Source of the DNA: a virus
Taxonomy: Duplodnaviria > Caudoviricetes
Direction: 5' to 3' (one strand)
IMG/VR virus record: IMGVR_UViG_3300016672_000090
Location: 18,739-82,738 of that record
DNA: 64,000 bases
Under the pieces are notes generated by a model, which saw only the letters and a program-made list of their open reading frames with translations, did not search any database and was not told the DNA's origin. A program made the position numbers and the translations under genes. This document shows, piece by piece, positions 29,671-38,491 of the stretch (within the stretch, counting starts at the first letter, position 1; every line of letters begins with the position of its first letter).

Positions 29671-30399
29671 TTAATTGGCGGAGTTTTGCTCAGCAACCGG
29701 GCGCTCGATGAACACATAACTGGCCATGAACAGTTCCAACGACAACAACTCAGTGGTGGTCGTGTTCGGGCTACGAATCTGAACATCGATACCGCGCAGA
29801 CAAGTCCAGTCGGAGACATCGAGCGAATCAAGAATCCACTTACGGCGCTTGTGCGGGAGAGTGATTCGCGGGTTGTCCTGGAATACGTCACCCAGCTTCC
29901 AGTTGATCGGCTTCGCCATATCTAGGTGGGACACATCCACTACGCGCGCCTCTGGGAGCGCCAAAGATTCCTCTAAGACGCGGATAAGGCGCTCTGTAGC
30001 TTCTGGATCTTCGGAGGCGGCTGCAACATCGGGATTGAGCGGCGGCTCAGTTGGCAGGTAATTGGCGAACGGGATTGCTTCGCCCTGACCTATTGGGAGG
30101 TTGAGAGCGGGCGCCAGTTCAGCATCAGGGTCGGCAGTTGGCGCACTAACCGACAGTAGCGGCGCCAGGGAAGGACACTCCAGCAGATCCGCAAACGTCT
30201 TGTACAAGCCTTGCGCGGGCTCAATCGGCACGCAGACATAACCCAACTCGGCCAGGCTATTGTTCAGCTCGCCCAGCAGCTTGGGGATAGAGCCAGCGCC
30301 GACGATCAGCACCCGTTGAGCTTCGATAACGGATGCCTTCGCCTGCGCCAGCTCGCGCATTACAAGTTCACTACCACGCACCGCTAATACTTCGCTCAT
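29671..30399 (-). CDS. Hypothetical protein
   Basis: 242 aa ORF with its own upstream promoter motif. Confidence 0.6.
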   Translation of the reverse strand: MSEVLAVRGSELVMRELAQAKASVIEAQRVLIVGAGSIPKLLGELNNSLAELGYVCVPIEPAQGLYKTFADLLECPSLAPLLSVSAPTADPDAELAPALNLPIGQGEAIPFANYLPTEPPLNPDVAAASEDPEATERLIRVLEESLALPEARVVDVSHLDMAKPINWKLGDVFQDNPRITLPHKRRKWILDSLDVSDWTCLRGIDVQIRSPNTTTTELLSLELFMASYVFIERPVAEQNSAN

Positions 30400-30443
30400 G
30401 CCCTACGCCTTATATTCGGTCGGCCCGAATGGCCGTAGGGCTA

Positions 30444-30486
30444 ACTCTAAAGCACTAAAACGTATTAACTCTTTAGTGGCTTTGCA
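30444..30486 (-). promoter_or_regulatory. Putative late promoter overlapped by TAACTCT(A/T)(A/T)AG boxes
   Basis: TGCAAAGC; TAGAGT 31 nt after GCAAA; boxes at 30442 and 30466. Confidence 0.5.
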
Positions 30487-30492
30487 CTGTTT

Positions 30493-30948
30493 CTAGTGAG
30501 TGGGAGAGGGATTCATAGCGAGTGCGTGCGCCAGCTTTCTCGCCGCTCCTACCTCAGCCCGCATGCCCTCCAAATCGACAAGGCTTTGATATGCCCGCTC
30601 GCTTGTCTCGGGTGTTGAGTACGCGACCAGAAAGCTATTGATCAGACTTTTGAGAAGGCCAGCCGTATCGTGATTTTTGATGATCGACATAACGGTGAGC
30701 TGCTCAAGGACTACCGCAGGTGTTTGGTTGAAAAAATCGACTCCTAGACGGTCAGCTATATCGGCAAGGCATAAGCCAATCTGCTGGCGGGCCTCGGCTG
30801 GATTCAGGCGGATGCGCTGGCCATCTTCCAACTTACCGGCGCCCCCAAGACGGCGCCCGGCCATTGAACCGTACGGGGTGTGATCCAGTTCGCTCAACTT
30901 GGCCTCAACGGCCTGAGCGATGTCAGTAGCTTTGTCAGTGCTCATCAT
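30493..30948 (-). CDS. Hypothetical protein
   Basis: 151 aa, 2 nt after the upstream stop. Confidence 0.65.
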   Translation of the reverse strand: MMSTDKATDIAQAVEAKLSELDHTPYGSMAGRRLGGAGKLEDGQRIRLNPAEARQQIGLCLADIADRLGVDFFNQTPAVVLEQLTVMSIIKNHDTAGLLKSLINSFLVAYSTPETSERAYQSLVDLEGMRAEVGAARKLAHALAMNPSPTH

Positions 30949-30950
30949 GA

Positions 30951-31433
30951 TTAAGCGGCCTTCTTATTGTCGCGGCGAATGGAGCTTGGGCGCGTAGAAA
31001 CATCGCCGTTTTTGGTCAGTGTGGTTTGATGCGCCTCGACCTTTACCCGGATCGCTTCAAGCTCGTGCGGGGTATGCGCCAGCTCTACAACCCCTTGGGC
31101 GCCTACCGCAAAGGAGATATCACCGGCACCACGCCGCTTACCATGCAGGCGAACGTACTGAACTGTTCCCACGCTCACCTCAACCCGCAGCACGGGAGTA
31201 GCGACTTTCACGCCTCCCACGGGAAACCACACCACATCACCCACAACAATATCGGCGGCAGACTTCTCAGTTAGGGTTTTCATAAACGCGCGCGCAGCTT
31301 GGCCGCGCCGTGTAAGGAACGATCCATTGCCATCGCAGCGAGGACATTCAACAAGGGCACGCATTCCGGTACCGGCGCATTGACTGCACGGACCTGATTC
31401 GAATCGTGGTGCCTGTAATAGGGCCTTTTTCAT
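30951..31433 (-). CDS. Zn-finger (CxxCxGxG-type) hypothetical protein
   Basis: CSQCAGTG...CPRCDGNG; AATCGCCAGAGA leader. Confidence 0.65.
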   Translation of the reverse strand: MKKALLQAPRFESGPCSQCAGTGMRALVECPRCDGNGSFLTRRGQAARAFMKTLTEKSAADIVVGDVVWFPVGGVKVATPVLRVEVSVGTVQYVRLHGKRRGAGDISFAVGAQGVVELAHTPHELEAIRVKVEAHQTTLTKNGDVSTRPSSIRRDNKKAA

Positions 31434-31470
31434 ATCGGTTTATCTCTGGCGATTTTAGTTATTTATGGGG

Positions 31471-31662
31471 TTAGCAGTCGTCGCACATAAAGCGCAACTC
31501 CTTGTAGCAGCGGGGGTCAAGCCCGTGCTTGCCGCAATTCATGGTGCAGGTCTTGGTTTTCGGATCGAACTTGGCCAGGGCAGCCGGGGCAGCTCGCTCC
31601 CACACAAACGCCTGCTCGGGTGCTGGATGGACGGGACGGGGCTTTCGGGCCTTTAAAGCCAT
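31471..31662 (-). CDS. Small Cys-rich hypothetical protein
   Basis: CTMNC...C...C..C; GGAGG RBS. Confidence 0.55.
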   Translation of the reverse strand: MALKARKPRPVHPAPEQAFVWERAAPAALAKFDPKTKTCTMNCGKHGLDPRCYKELRFMCDDC

Positions 31663-31664
31663 AG

Positions 31665-31913
31665 CTATGCACCTCCACTGTCTAGATATGCGCCGTAATG
31701 CTTCACGGAATCAGTTCCTTCATGGTCAGTGTTGTTGCGCTCCAGAATCGCCTCACAGGCCGAACTTTTGCGAATTTCGTCTTTTAGGGAAGCGTCTACC
31801 ACGGTGAAATGCAGATTTCCGTCAATACCGACTAGCACCAGCCCCGCGCGCTTGATGCGCAGTAGTGCAGCCTCAAGCTGCTTTATGGCTTCCAACTGGT
31901 TCTTTTTCATCAT
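31665..31913 (-). CDS. Hypothetical protein
   Basis: 82 aa, coupled ORF. Confidence 0.6.
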   Translation of the reverse strand: MMKKNQLEAIKQLEAALLRIKRAGLVLVGIDGNLHFTVVDASLKDEIRKSSACEAILERNNTDHEGTDSVKHYGAYLDSGGA

Positions 31914-32305
31914 TTACCACCTGGTGGGAGGTCGGTCGTCGACAGCACGTCCCCCAACCACTTCGTTATACGTCCCTGCTCATCTGCGGTTGCCCGATGC
32001 ATGAAAGCACGCACCTCATCGGCAGCCATCTGGACGGCTTCCAGCTTCGTCGCGGCAAACTTCCCCCACTTAGCCAGAGCCTTGTAGCCTTGGCCTGATC
32101 CGTTACGCGAATCCAGGCATGCCGACCATAGCCATTGCTCGCAGTGCGGCACGACCTCGATGCGTACCAGCGGCAACGAGCCCATGGTGCCACCAGCGGA
32201 GCCGTGCGCCCACTTATGGGGCCGCATCAGGTCTAGCGTCATGCTTTGGCCTGAACAGACGGGAGGTGGTGCAGAAAACATATCAAGCTGAATGCCGGGG
32301 GTCAT
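31910..32305 (-). CDS. Hypothetical protein
   Basis: 131 aa, ATGA-coupled to aca1. Confidence 0.6.
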   Translation of the reverse strand: MTPGIQLDMFSAPPPVCSGQSMTLDLMRPHKWAHGSAGGTMGSLPLVRIEVVPHCEQWLWSACLDSRNGSGQGYKALAKWGKFAATKLEAVQMAADEVRAFMHRATADEQGRITKWLGDVLSTTDLPPGGK

Positions 32306-32550
32306 GGATCAACCTTGGCAATGCAAGCCGCCAACTGCTCAAGCGTGTACTGGACGGTGTAGGGAGCAGGCCGAAAAGTGTCCTCGTTCAGGCTCAGGTA
32401 GTAGCGCATAACACGCTCACTCAACCCCAAGGCCTGCGCCACATCAGCCTGACTCATGCCGCATGCCGACACGAGACTGCGCATGTAGGCAGCCTCAGGG
32501 TTGTGCAGGGAAACGTCTGGCTTGGCGCCATGCAGACTTTTGAAATCCAT
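32302..32550 (-). CDS. aca1: Anti-CRISPR-associated HTH regulator Aca1
   Basis: PDVSLHNP..AY.R.L....G.SQ...A..LGLSERVMRYYLS....RPAPYTVQY.LE.LA closely matches the recalled JBD30 Aca1 sequence. Confidence 0.9.
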   Translation of the reverse strand: MDFKSLHGAKPDVSLHNPEAAYMRSLVSACGMSQADVAQALGLSERVMRYYLSLNEDTFRPAPYTVQYTLEQLAACIAKVDP

Positions 32551-32567
32551 AATCGAACCTCTGGTTA

Positions 32568-32593
32568 ATAGAAAACCCCCAATAAAGGGGGTT
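32568..32593 (-). terminator. Terminator-like hairpin upstream of aca1
   Basis: AACCCCC/GGGGGTT stem followed by a T-run on the minus strand. Confidence 0.5.
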
Positions 32594-32610
32594 GCACGTT
32601 CGGCCACCAG

Positions 32611-32862
32611 CTACGCGGCTTCGCTTTCGTCTGCAACAGCGGTGCAGTGCTCAAGGCAGACACAACCGCTCTTGCCTTCAAGCCAGATCACAGCAGAGTG
32701 CCCGCTGAGCACCTGAGCGGCGCTGTTCGACTTGCCACGGAAGGTTTCACCCTCGCCCACAATCTCTTCAAACGATACGGTGGTGCCTTCCGGGTGCTTG
32801 GCGTTCCAGTTGTCGCACTGCTTTTGAAGCTGGGCAGCGGTCGGGCGTTTTGGTGCTGGCAT
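32611..32862 (-). CDS. Candidate anti-CRISPR / anti-defence protein (83 aa)
   Basis: Immediately upstream of aca1; AGGAG RBS. Confidence 0.55.
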   Translation of the reverse strand: MPAPKRPTAAQLQKQCDNWNAKHPEGTTVSFEEIVGEGETFRGKSNSAAQVLSGHSAVIWLEGKSGCVCLEHCTAVADESEAA

Positions 32863-32994
32863 CAGTGAATCTCCTATGGGTTGTACGCACTTGGCCCGCG
32901 CATGGCGGGCCTTAATGTCAATTCCTGTGATGCTCTATACAAGCCGTTTCGCTTTCAAACACCTGCTCAGCGCCAGCCAGGTTAAGCGGAATGT

Positions 32995-33459
32995 TCAGGC
33001 GGTTACGATGATCGGAGCGCCAACGAGCTTGCTTCGATAGTTCTGATTTACAAATTTGCCAGCCTTGTGGGTGTCGACAGCCTTTTGAGCGTCCGCCGCC
33101 AGCCAGTGCGCCGACAGCACGCTCAGCTTGCCCGCTGCGTCATAGCCGACGACTACAGCCATGTACTGGTTGGAAGTACCTCGACTAGCTGTGTCGCCGT
33201 TCGCGAGGGTTACGGTCAGCTTCTTTGCAGTGCGGGTTACTACTGGGACGGACAGATCCGCTTCAAGAGTCCACTCAGCGCGCAAGCCACGCTTATCTGC
33301 TTCGACCTGGAATGCCGGCAGCATTTCGGCGGGCATGCTCTTGCCCAGGGTTTCGATGCGACAGATGCAATCAAGCAAGGTGAGGTCATTCAAAGCGGCG
33401 AAGTACTGGGTGACGTAGGCGGCGCCTATCAGTTGGTCCAGATTCATTGTCTTGGTCAT
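32995..33459 (-). CDS. Candidate anti-CRISPR / anti-defence protein (154 aa)
   Basis: First gene behind an Aca1-type operator-promoter; GGAG RBS. Confidence 0.6.
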   Translation of the reverse strand: MTKTMNLDQLIGAAYVTQYFAALNDLTLLDCICRIETLGKSMPAEMLPAFQVEADKRGLRAEWTLEADLSVPVVTRTAKKLTVTLANGDTASRGTSNQYMAVVVGYDAAGKLSVLSAHWLAADAQKAVDTHKAGKFVNQNYRSKLVGAPIIVTA

Positions 33460-33508
33460 GGCTCAGTGCTCCGCTGCTGTAGGGTGCCGCTGGCTGCGGC
33501 TTGGCGTC

Positions 33509-33537
33509 ACTATAGGCACGACGTGCCTATAGGTCAA
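33509..33537 (-). promoter_or_regulatory. Sigma70 promoter with Aca1-type operator
   Basis: TTGACC-N17-TATAGT; 23-bp palindrome CTATAGGCACG-A-CGTGCCTATAG (33510-33532) covers the spacer. Confidence 0.85.
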
Positions 33538-33605
33538 TAACTCTTTAGCGCTTTAACTCTTTAGAGCAATAACTATATAACGCTAATCCGCTATCGAGCG
33601 CCAAC

Positions 33606-33629
33606 AAAAAGCCCGCACGCGGCGGGCTT
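33606..33629 (-). terminator. Intrinsic terminator after the darA-like gene
   Basis: GCCCGC/GCGGGC stem plus T-tract. Confidence 0.7.
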
Positions 33630-33658
33630 CCTGTTGCTATGGGTCATTAGAGGCCAGG

Positions 33659-36600
33659 CTAGAACGCGCTAGCCGTAGCCTTAAGCGCATAGTCCCGGAA
33701 TGCATCTGAGGCTTCGATAAACAGCTCGCTCAACTTGTCTTCGCCATAGGCCGCATAGATGCGCTCAAGCTCCTTAAGCACATCGCTGGCGCTGCCTAAG
33801 TCGGTAGTGCCGCCAATGATGTCGTCGAGGTAGGACTTTGCCTGTTGTACGGCTTCGTCTTCGTCCGGCTCTTCTGGTGGCGCTGATTGAGGGGGTTGGC
33901 TGAACATGTCGGCCTGATCAATGGCGAATAACCCCTCGCCATACTCCTGCTCAAGTTTTCGGTTAGCGGCGCTCACAATGTCTGTGAAGCTGGCCGGCTC
34001 ATCACCAAACAGGCCAGCGGTCTGCTTGCGGATATTCTCGCTTTCCACGAACTGGGCCATGGCCTTGAATGCGGTGCTCATGCGCTTGGCGCTGCGGTTG
34101 TTGGCGCTGATGAATACCGCCATAGCTGCGATAGCCGGGTCAGTGCCGCCGAACATGTCACCCTGGCGTAGGAACTCGTCCAAGCCCATGCCAGCCTCTT
34201 TTGCCTGGCGCAGCACATTGGTAGCGCCAATGATGGCGTTTACCGCTTCTTGGTTAAGCGACAGCTCCAGGGAGTCGGTGACCTGCTCGCCAGCTTTTTC
34301 GGCGCCGATCCGGTCCTGTTCCTTGGCGCGCATGAAGTCTGGGGCGGCGCTGTTCAATGCTGAGACGATATTTGCAATCTCAGGCTTGGCCTGATCCGCC
34401 GTCATTTCAAGCAAACGGTCATCGGAGTAGGCGCCAGCAAACAGTGCGGCCTGTAGGCGACTGATCAGGCCAGACGTTGGCTTGCCGTCAGTGGTCAAGT
34501 ACTGCGCCGCCTCGGCATCGCCCAGCGATTGCAGGAAGGCAGCCACAAAGTCACGGTTTGCGGCGCTGTTGAGGTCGCCGTCGGTGAGCTTGGCCAGCAT
34601 GGCGGTGTCCAGGCGCTTGGCATCACTGCGGGCCTTCTCGGTAGCAGTCATCGCCAGCTTGTCGTCTTGGTTCGACTCCACAGCGAACTCCACGCGATTC
34701 ACTTCTGTTTTCCGCACCCGCACCAGCACCGGCGCCTTCATACGTTGGATCTTGGCCGGGTCGACGGCGAAGTACTCCGCGTTTTCCAGAAGCCACTCCC
34801 GGTATTCGTCGGCCTGGCCAATACGGTAGGCCTCACGGATCGCCATGGCGCGACCGTTGCCCGATTCGACCACACGGTCAGCACCAACGATAGGGGCGCC
34901 GCTGTCGGCACGCTGGGTGCGGCCAAGGCTGTCCGGGTCAAGGTTGCGTGCGGTTTTCTGCACCCATGCCTGTGACGTGGTACGCGCTCGGTCACGCGGC
35001 TGAATTTCAGGCGGGTATTCCGGGTTTACGGTGCCGTCAGTCTCGTGGCTGATGATCAGGTTCTTCGCCTCGATCACCTTGAAACCGGTCACGACCTTGG
35101 TGCCCTTGGCAGTTTTTACGGTGTTGTCGCGGCCTTCGGCTTCAATGGTGCCAGTGTCTTCGTTGGTGTCAGGCTCTACGGCGGGTACCGCTACGGGCTC
35201 GGGGGGCATTTCAACCACAGCGGAGGCCTGATCAGCTCGCCACTTCTCAATAAACAGCAGCGCGGTACCGAGGGCTGTACCCACGGCAGACTCAATGCCA
35301 TTTTCTAAAGTGCTCGACCCCATGCTTTCCTGGCCGTTAACGCCAGGCTTGAGGATGTAGGCAGTCAACATGCTCCCGCCAGCAGTTGGGCGCAGTCGAA
35401 TGCCGTAACCGTCTGCGGCAATAGCTGTAAAGCCGTCCGGATCGATGTCGCTAACGAACTCGGCAGGCACCAGGCGCCGCGCTACCTCATTGAGGGTTTC
35501 GGCTTTTGGCTCCGGTACAACTTCCGGTTCGACTGCGGCACGCATATCGGCAATATTATCGGCGCCCGAGGCAATGACACGCTCGGCAATGGCAACGCCC
35601 TCGGCTTTGCTTGCAGCGGTTGCCAAGTGGGTACTGGCCCAGCTCACGCCCCATTCACCGGTGTCTACATACTTCGTCTTGGCGACAGTCACCGGCCCGG
35701 CGGGGCCTTGAAGAATTACCGGCGACTCATCTACAGCGGACGCGGCGGATGGATCGACAACGCCTGACAGGTCGACGACTTCACCCACACGCGCCTCATA
35801 GTCGTCAGTGTTGAGTAACTTCGTCATGTACTGCTTGCCGTCTTTGTCGAAGTAAACGTTTTCAGAGCCCACACTGATTACGGTGGCCATCCCTAGCGCG
35901 GCTACTTCGGCGTAGTCCTCAAGGATGCTGCTGGACACACTCACAGCGGGCACCGATTCCGGCTCTACGACTACAGGTGGTTGCACTGGCTCGACAACTG
36001 GCGTCGCCTTCTTCTGCTCAAGCTGGGCGGTCAAATCGAGGATCTGCGCGTCCAGGCTGGCCAACTGCCCGGTTTTTGCTTCTACAAGCGCCTTTTGCTC
36101 ATCGAGCGCGGCAGTGCTGGCGGCTTTGTTCTCGTTCGCCTTGATGAACTTCGCGCTGTTCTTCTGAATCAGCGCCATGATGCGGCGTGCCACGATACGC
36201 GGGTTGATGTCCTGGCCACGCTCAGGCGCCACCACGGCGGTGATGTCCTTCTTGTTCTGTACCCACTTCCAGCTGATCAGTTCGTCGGATGGCGTCAGCT
36301 TGTTGGGCGTGCTGTCTGGGTTGTGGAAGAACACGCTAACGCTCTGGCCATCGTCCATGCCAAATAACATGGCCACCTGAGTGGTGCCCTTGCTCTTGAA
36401 TGGCTTGCTCACTTCGACGGTGAGGGCTTTCACGTCACTGCTTGCCGCCTGCATCACACGCAGGAGCTGGCCAGCCTTGCGTTCGAACTGCTTGTACTCG
36501 ATCACCATGGCGTCGAGCATTTCCCCGCTTTCGCCCAGGTGCTCGGTGATATCGGTCATGGTGGCGCTATCCATCAGCAGGCCGCTAGGATCTGCTCGGC

Positions 36601-37240
36601 GCATTTCATACAGCACCGCGCCCACGGTTTCGCCCACCGGGAGGTTATCGGCGCCCCAGCGCGTCAGTACATCAGTCATGCTCAAAGCCTCATCTTTTGG
36701 AATATTTGGTAAGTCAGGGGATAGGGGCTTGTTTAGATCCCCGTGCCTGAGCCAGTACTTGAACTGCTTGATGGTGCAGGCCGCGACACTGCCAAGGCCG
36801 GACCAGCCCTTTTCGTAGGAATTCATGTAGGCGGTGCAGGCCTGTACCTGATCGGTGAAGCCAAGCATTACCTTATGCTCGTCGAATACCGGCTCATCGA
36901 ATGAGCGGTCGACCTTCTTCACCTGATTGATCACGTACACGCACAGGCTCTCGGGCGCCGGGCCTACAAACACGTCCACAGCGTCCCCGTCTGCACCCTT
37001 GGTCCCGTTCACATAGCCGTAGTGCGCCATACAGGTGATTGACCATGGTTTGCCGTCTTGCTTGCCACGGCGCGACTGGAACATAGGGGTTTCGATGGTG
37101 ATCCGCAGGCCATGCATGCGAAAGCTGCCCTTGGCGTAGTTCCCGGCGCGGATCTGTGCGGGTGTGGGCTCTGCGCGAGAACCCATCCCGAAAGCGCCAG
37201 CATGGGCGGCGCTTTGGAGTTTGCTAAAAAGGTCGGACAT
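33659..37240 (-). CDS. darA: DarA-like polyvalent virion protein (PPase-like + DarA_N + DdrB-type ParB-like domains)
   Basis: YGYVNGTKGADGDAVDVFVG (PPase-like), FGMDDGQSVSVFFHNPD (DarA_N), QPRDR...GAPIVG..VESGNGR (ParB-like). Confidence 0.72.
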   Translation of the reverse strand: MSDLFSKLQSAAHAGAFGMGSRAEPTPAQIRAGNYAKGSFRMHGLRITIETPMFQSRRGKQDGKPWSITCMAHYGYVNGTKGADGDAVDVFVGPAPESLCVYVINQVKKVDRSFDEPVFDEHKVMLGFTDQVQACTAYMNSYEKGWSGLGSVAACTIKQFKYWLRHGDLNKPLSPDLPNIPKDEALSMTDVLTRWGADNLPVGETVGAVLYEMRRADPSGLLMDSATMTDITEHLGESGEMLDAMVIEYKQFERKAGQLLRVMQAASSDVKALTVEVSKPFKSKGTTQVAMLFGMDDGQSVSVFFHNPDSTPNKLTPSDELISWKWVQNKKDITAVVAPERGQDINPRIVARRIMALIQKNSAKFIKANENKAASTAALDEQKALVEAKTGQLASLDAQILDLTAQLEQKKATPVVEPVQPPVVVEPESVPAVSVSSSILEDYAEVAALGMATVISVGSENVYFDKDGKQYMTKLLNTDDYEARVGEVVDLSGVVDPSAASAVDESPVILQGPAGPVTVAKTKYVDTGEWGVSWASTHLATAASKAEGVAIAERVIASGADNIADMRAAVEPEVVPEPKAETLNEVARRLVPAEFVSDIDPDGFTAIAADGYGIRLRPTAGGSMLTAYILKPGVNGQESMGSSTLENGIESAVGTALGTALLFIEKWRADQASAVVEMPPEPVAVPAVEPDTNEDTGTIEAEGRDNTVKTAKGTKVVTGFKVIEAKNLIISHETDGTVNPEYPPEIQPRDRARTTSQAWVQKTARNLDPDSLGRTQRADSGAPIVGADRVVESGNGRAMAIREAYRIGQADEYREWLLENAEYFAVDPAKIQRMKAPVLVRVRKTEVNRVEFAVESNQDDKLAMTATEKARSDAKRLDTAMLAKLTDGDLNSAANRDFVAAFLQSLGDAEAAQYLTTDGKPTSGLISRLQAALFAGAYSDDRLLEMTADQAKPEIANIVSALNSAAPDFMRAKEQDRIGAEKAGEQVTDSLELSLNQEAVNAIIGATNVLRQAKEAGMGLDEFLRQGDMFGGTDPAIAAMAVFISANNRSAKRMSTAFKAMAQFVESENIRKQTAGLFGDEPASFTDIVSAANRKLEQEYGEGLFAIDQADMFSQPPQSAPPEEPDEDEAVQQAKSYLDDIIGGTTDLGSASDVLKELERIYAAYGEDKLSELFIEASDAFRDYALKATASAF

Positions 37241-37264
37241 AGAAGCGGCTCCCTGAAAGTAGCC

Positions 37265-37306
37265 ACGATACCGCCCGTTGCCCCCGCTCCCGGCTGACGG
37301 TTTGCG
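37265..37306 (-). promoter_or_regulatory. Putative late promoter (darA-like)
   Basis: CGCAAACC; TATCGT 30 nt after GCAAA. Confidence 0.7.
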
Positions 37307-37321
37307 CCAAATCGCAGGCAC

Positions 37322-37348
37322 AAAAAAGGGCGCCGCATGGGCACCCTT
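37322..37348 (-). terminator. Terminator of the par operon
   Basis: AAGGG..CCCTT stem plus T6 on the minus strand. Confidence 0.55.
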
Positions 37349-37366
37349 AGGGATGAAGCTACCACC

Positions 37367-37615
37367 TTAGAATTCAGGCGTTGGTGCATTGTCGATCAGC
37401 TGCCCAATGACTTCGGACACAGTGCAACGGTTCTTAACGGCGATGAGTCGCAGTTTCTGATCCTGCTCCGCTGTGATGTAGGAGTTAAGACGCTCTTTGG
37501 CTCCCAGCTTGATTACTTTCGGCCTTTGGCTCGGACGGCCCGCCTCGATAGTATCGGCTGGTTTCACATCAGAGGGCGCACGTGCCGCGCGCGGCTTAAT
37601 GGTTAAATCACTCAT
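37367..37615 (-). CDS. Ribbon-helix-helix partition protein (ParG-like)
   Basis: Flexible N-tail then RLNSYIT...KLRLIA...TVSEVIGQLID; follows parA. Confidence 0.75.
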   Translation of the reverse strand: MSDLTIKPRAARAPSDVKPADTIEAGRPSQRPKVIKLGAKERLNSYITAEQDQKLRLIAVKNRCTVSEVIGQLIDNAPTPEF

Positions 37616-37677
37616 GGCTTACCTTTAGCGTTAAGACGTTTTCAGCATGATAGTGCATGTAACGCTTTAGCGTCTAA

Positions 37678-38319
37678 TCACGATGAGAGGAACGCCAGCA
37701 CTTCGTTTTTTAACGCACACAGCTCATGAGCCGCAAGACCGCCTGGCCGGGTATCCAGAGGGGTACGCCCGGATGCTTGGGCTCTCGGATGGTCTTGGCG
37801 CTGCACCATACGGGTCTTAAACACCGGGAAACCGTAACCCGTAAGGGTCTTGGATATTTCCTTGCTGAGCTTCGTATTCCCGATGACGCGAGATACGACA
37901 AATGCCACTTTAACCGGCGCTTCGCCTGCGGCTACCTGATCGTCTTGATGATCTTTAATCATGTTCACCATTTCGCTTGTTGCCCATACGTCTAAGGGCG
38001 ACGGCTGTACGGGGATCAGAATCAGGTCCGCAACCTTGATCGTCTTCAAGGCTAGATCCGCAGCCTTCGCAGTGCCGTCGAGAATGACGAAATCATTTTT
38101 CAGCTTTGGTATTTCACGCTCAAGCGCTAGGCGCTCAATCACGTACACCTGCATAGGCTGTTCTTTATTCGCCTCTGCCCAGTCAAGCAAGCTGCCCTGC
38201 GGATCAGAATCAACTAGCACCACATCATGCCCGTCAAGGCTTAGCGCCCGCCCTAGACCTGTACAGGTTGTTGTCTTGGCCGATCCGCCTTTCTGATTCA
38301 TCACCGCAATAACTGTCAT
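37678..38319 (-). CDS. parA: ParA Walker-type partition ATPase (type Ib)
   Basis: MTVIAVMNQKGGSAKTT, LVDSDPQGS, VILDG, IPVQPSPLD. Confidence 0.93.
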   Translation of the reverse strand: MTVIAVMNQKGGSAKTTTCTGLGRALSLDGHDVVLVDSDPQGSLLDWAEANKEQPMQVYVIERLALEREIPKLKNDFVILDGTAKAADLALKTIKVADLILIPVQPSPLDVWATSEMVNMIKDHQDDQVAAGEAPVKVAFVVSRVIGNTKLSKEISKTLTGYGFPVFKTRMVQRQDHPRAQASGRTPLDTRPGGLAAHELCALKNEVLAFLSS

Positions 38320-38352
38320 GCCCTGCGCTCCACCCAATTGATTATGGGCGGA

Positions 38353-38418
38353 TTCTAGCGTTATTACACTATAACGCAATAGGGCTGTTGCTCTATGGCG
38401 CCTTAGCGCTAAGGCGCC
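38353..38418. promoter_or_regulatory. Centromere/operator-like boxes and 22-bp palindrome upstream of parA
   Basis: TAACGC boxes at 38353-63 and 38372-82; perfect palindrome GGCGCCTTAGCGCTAAGGCGCC 38397-38418. Confidence 0.55.
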
Positions 38419-38491
38419 TATGCTTGCTTGGGGCGTAAAAAAGCCCCGACTGGCGGGGCGCTTTGTATAGCAATTGCTGATCCTGGAACCC

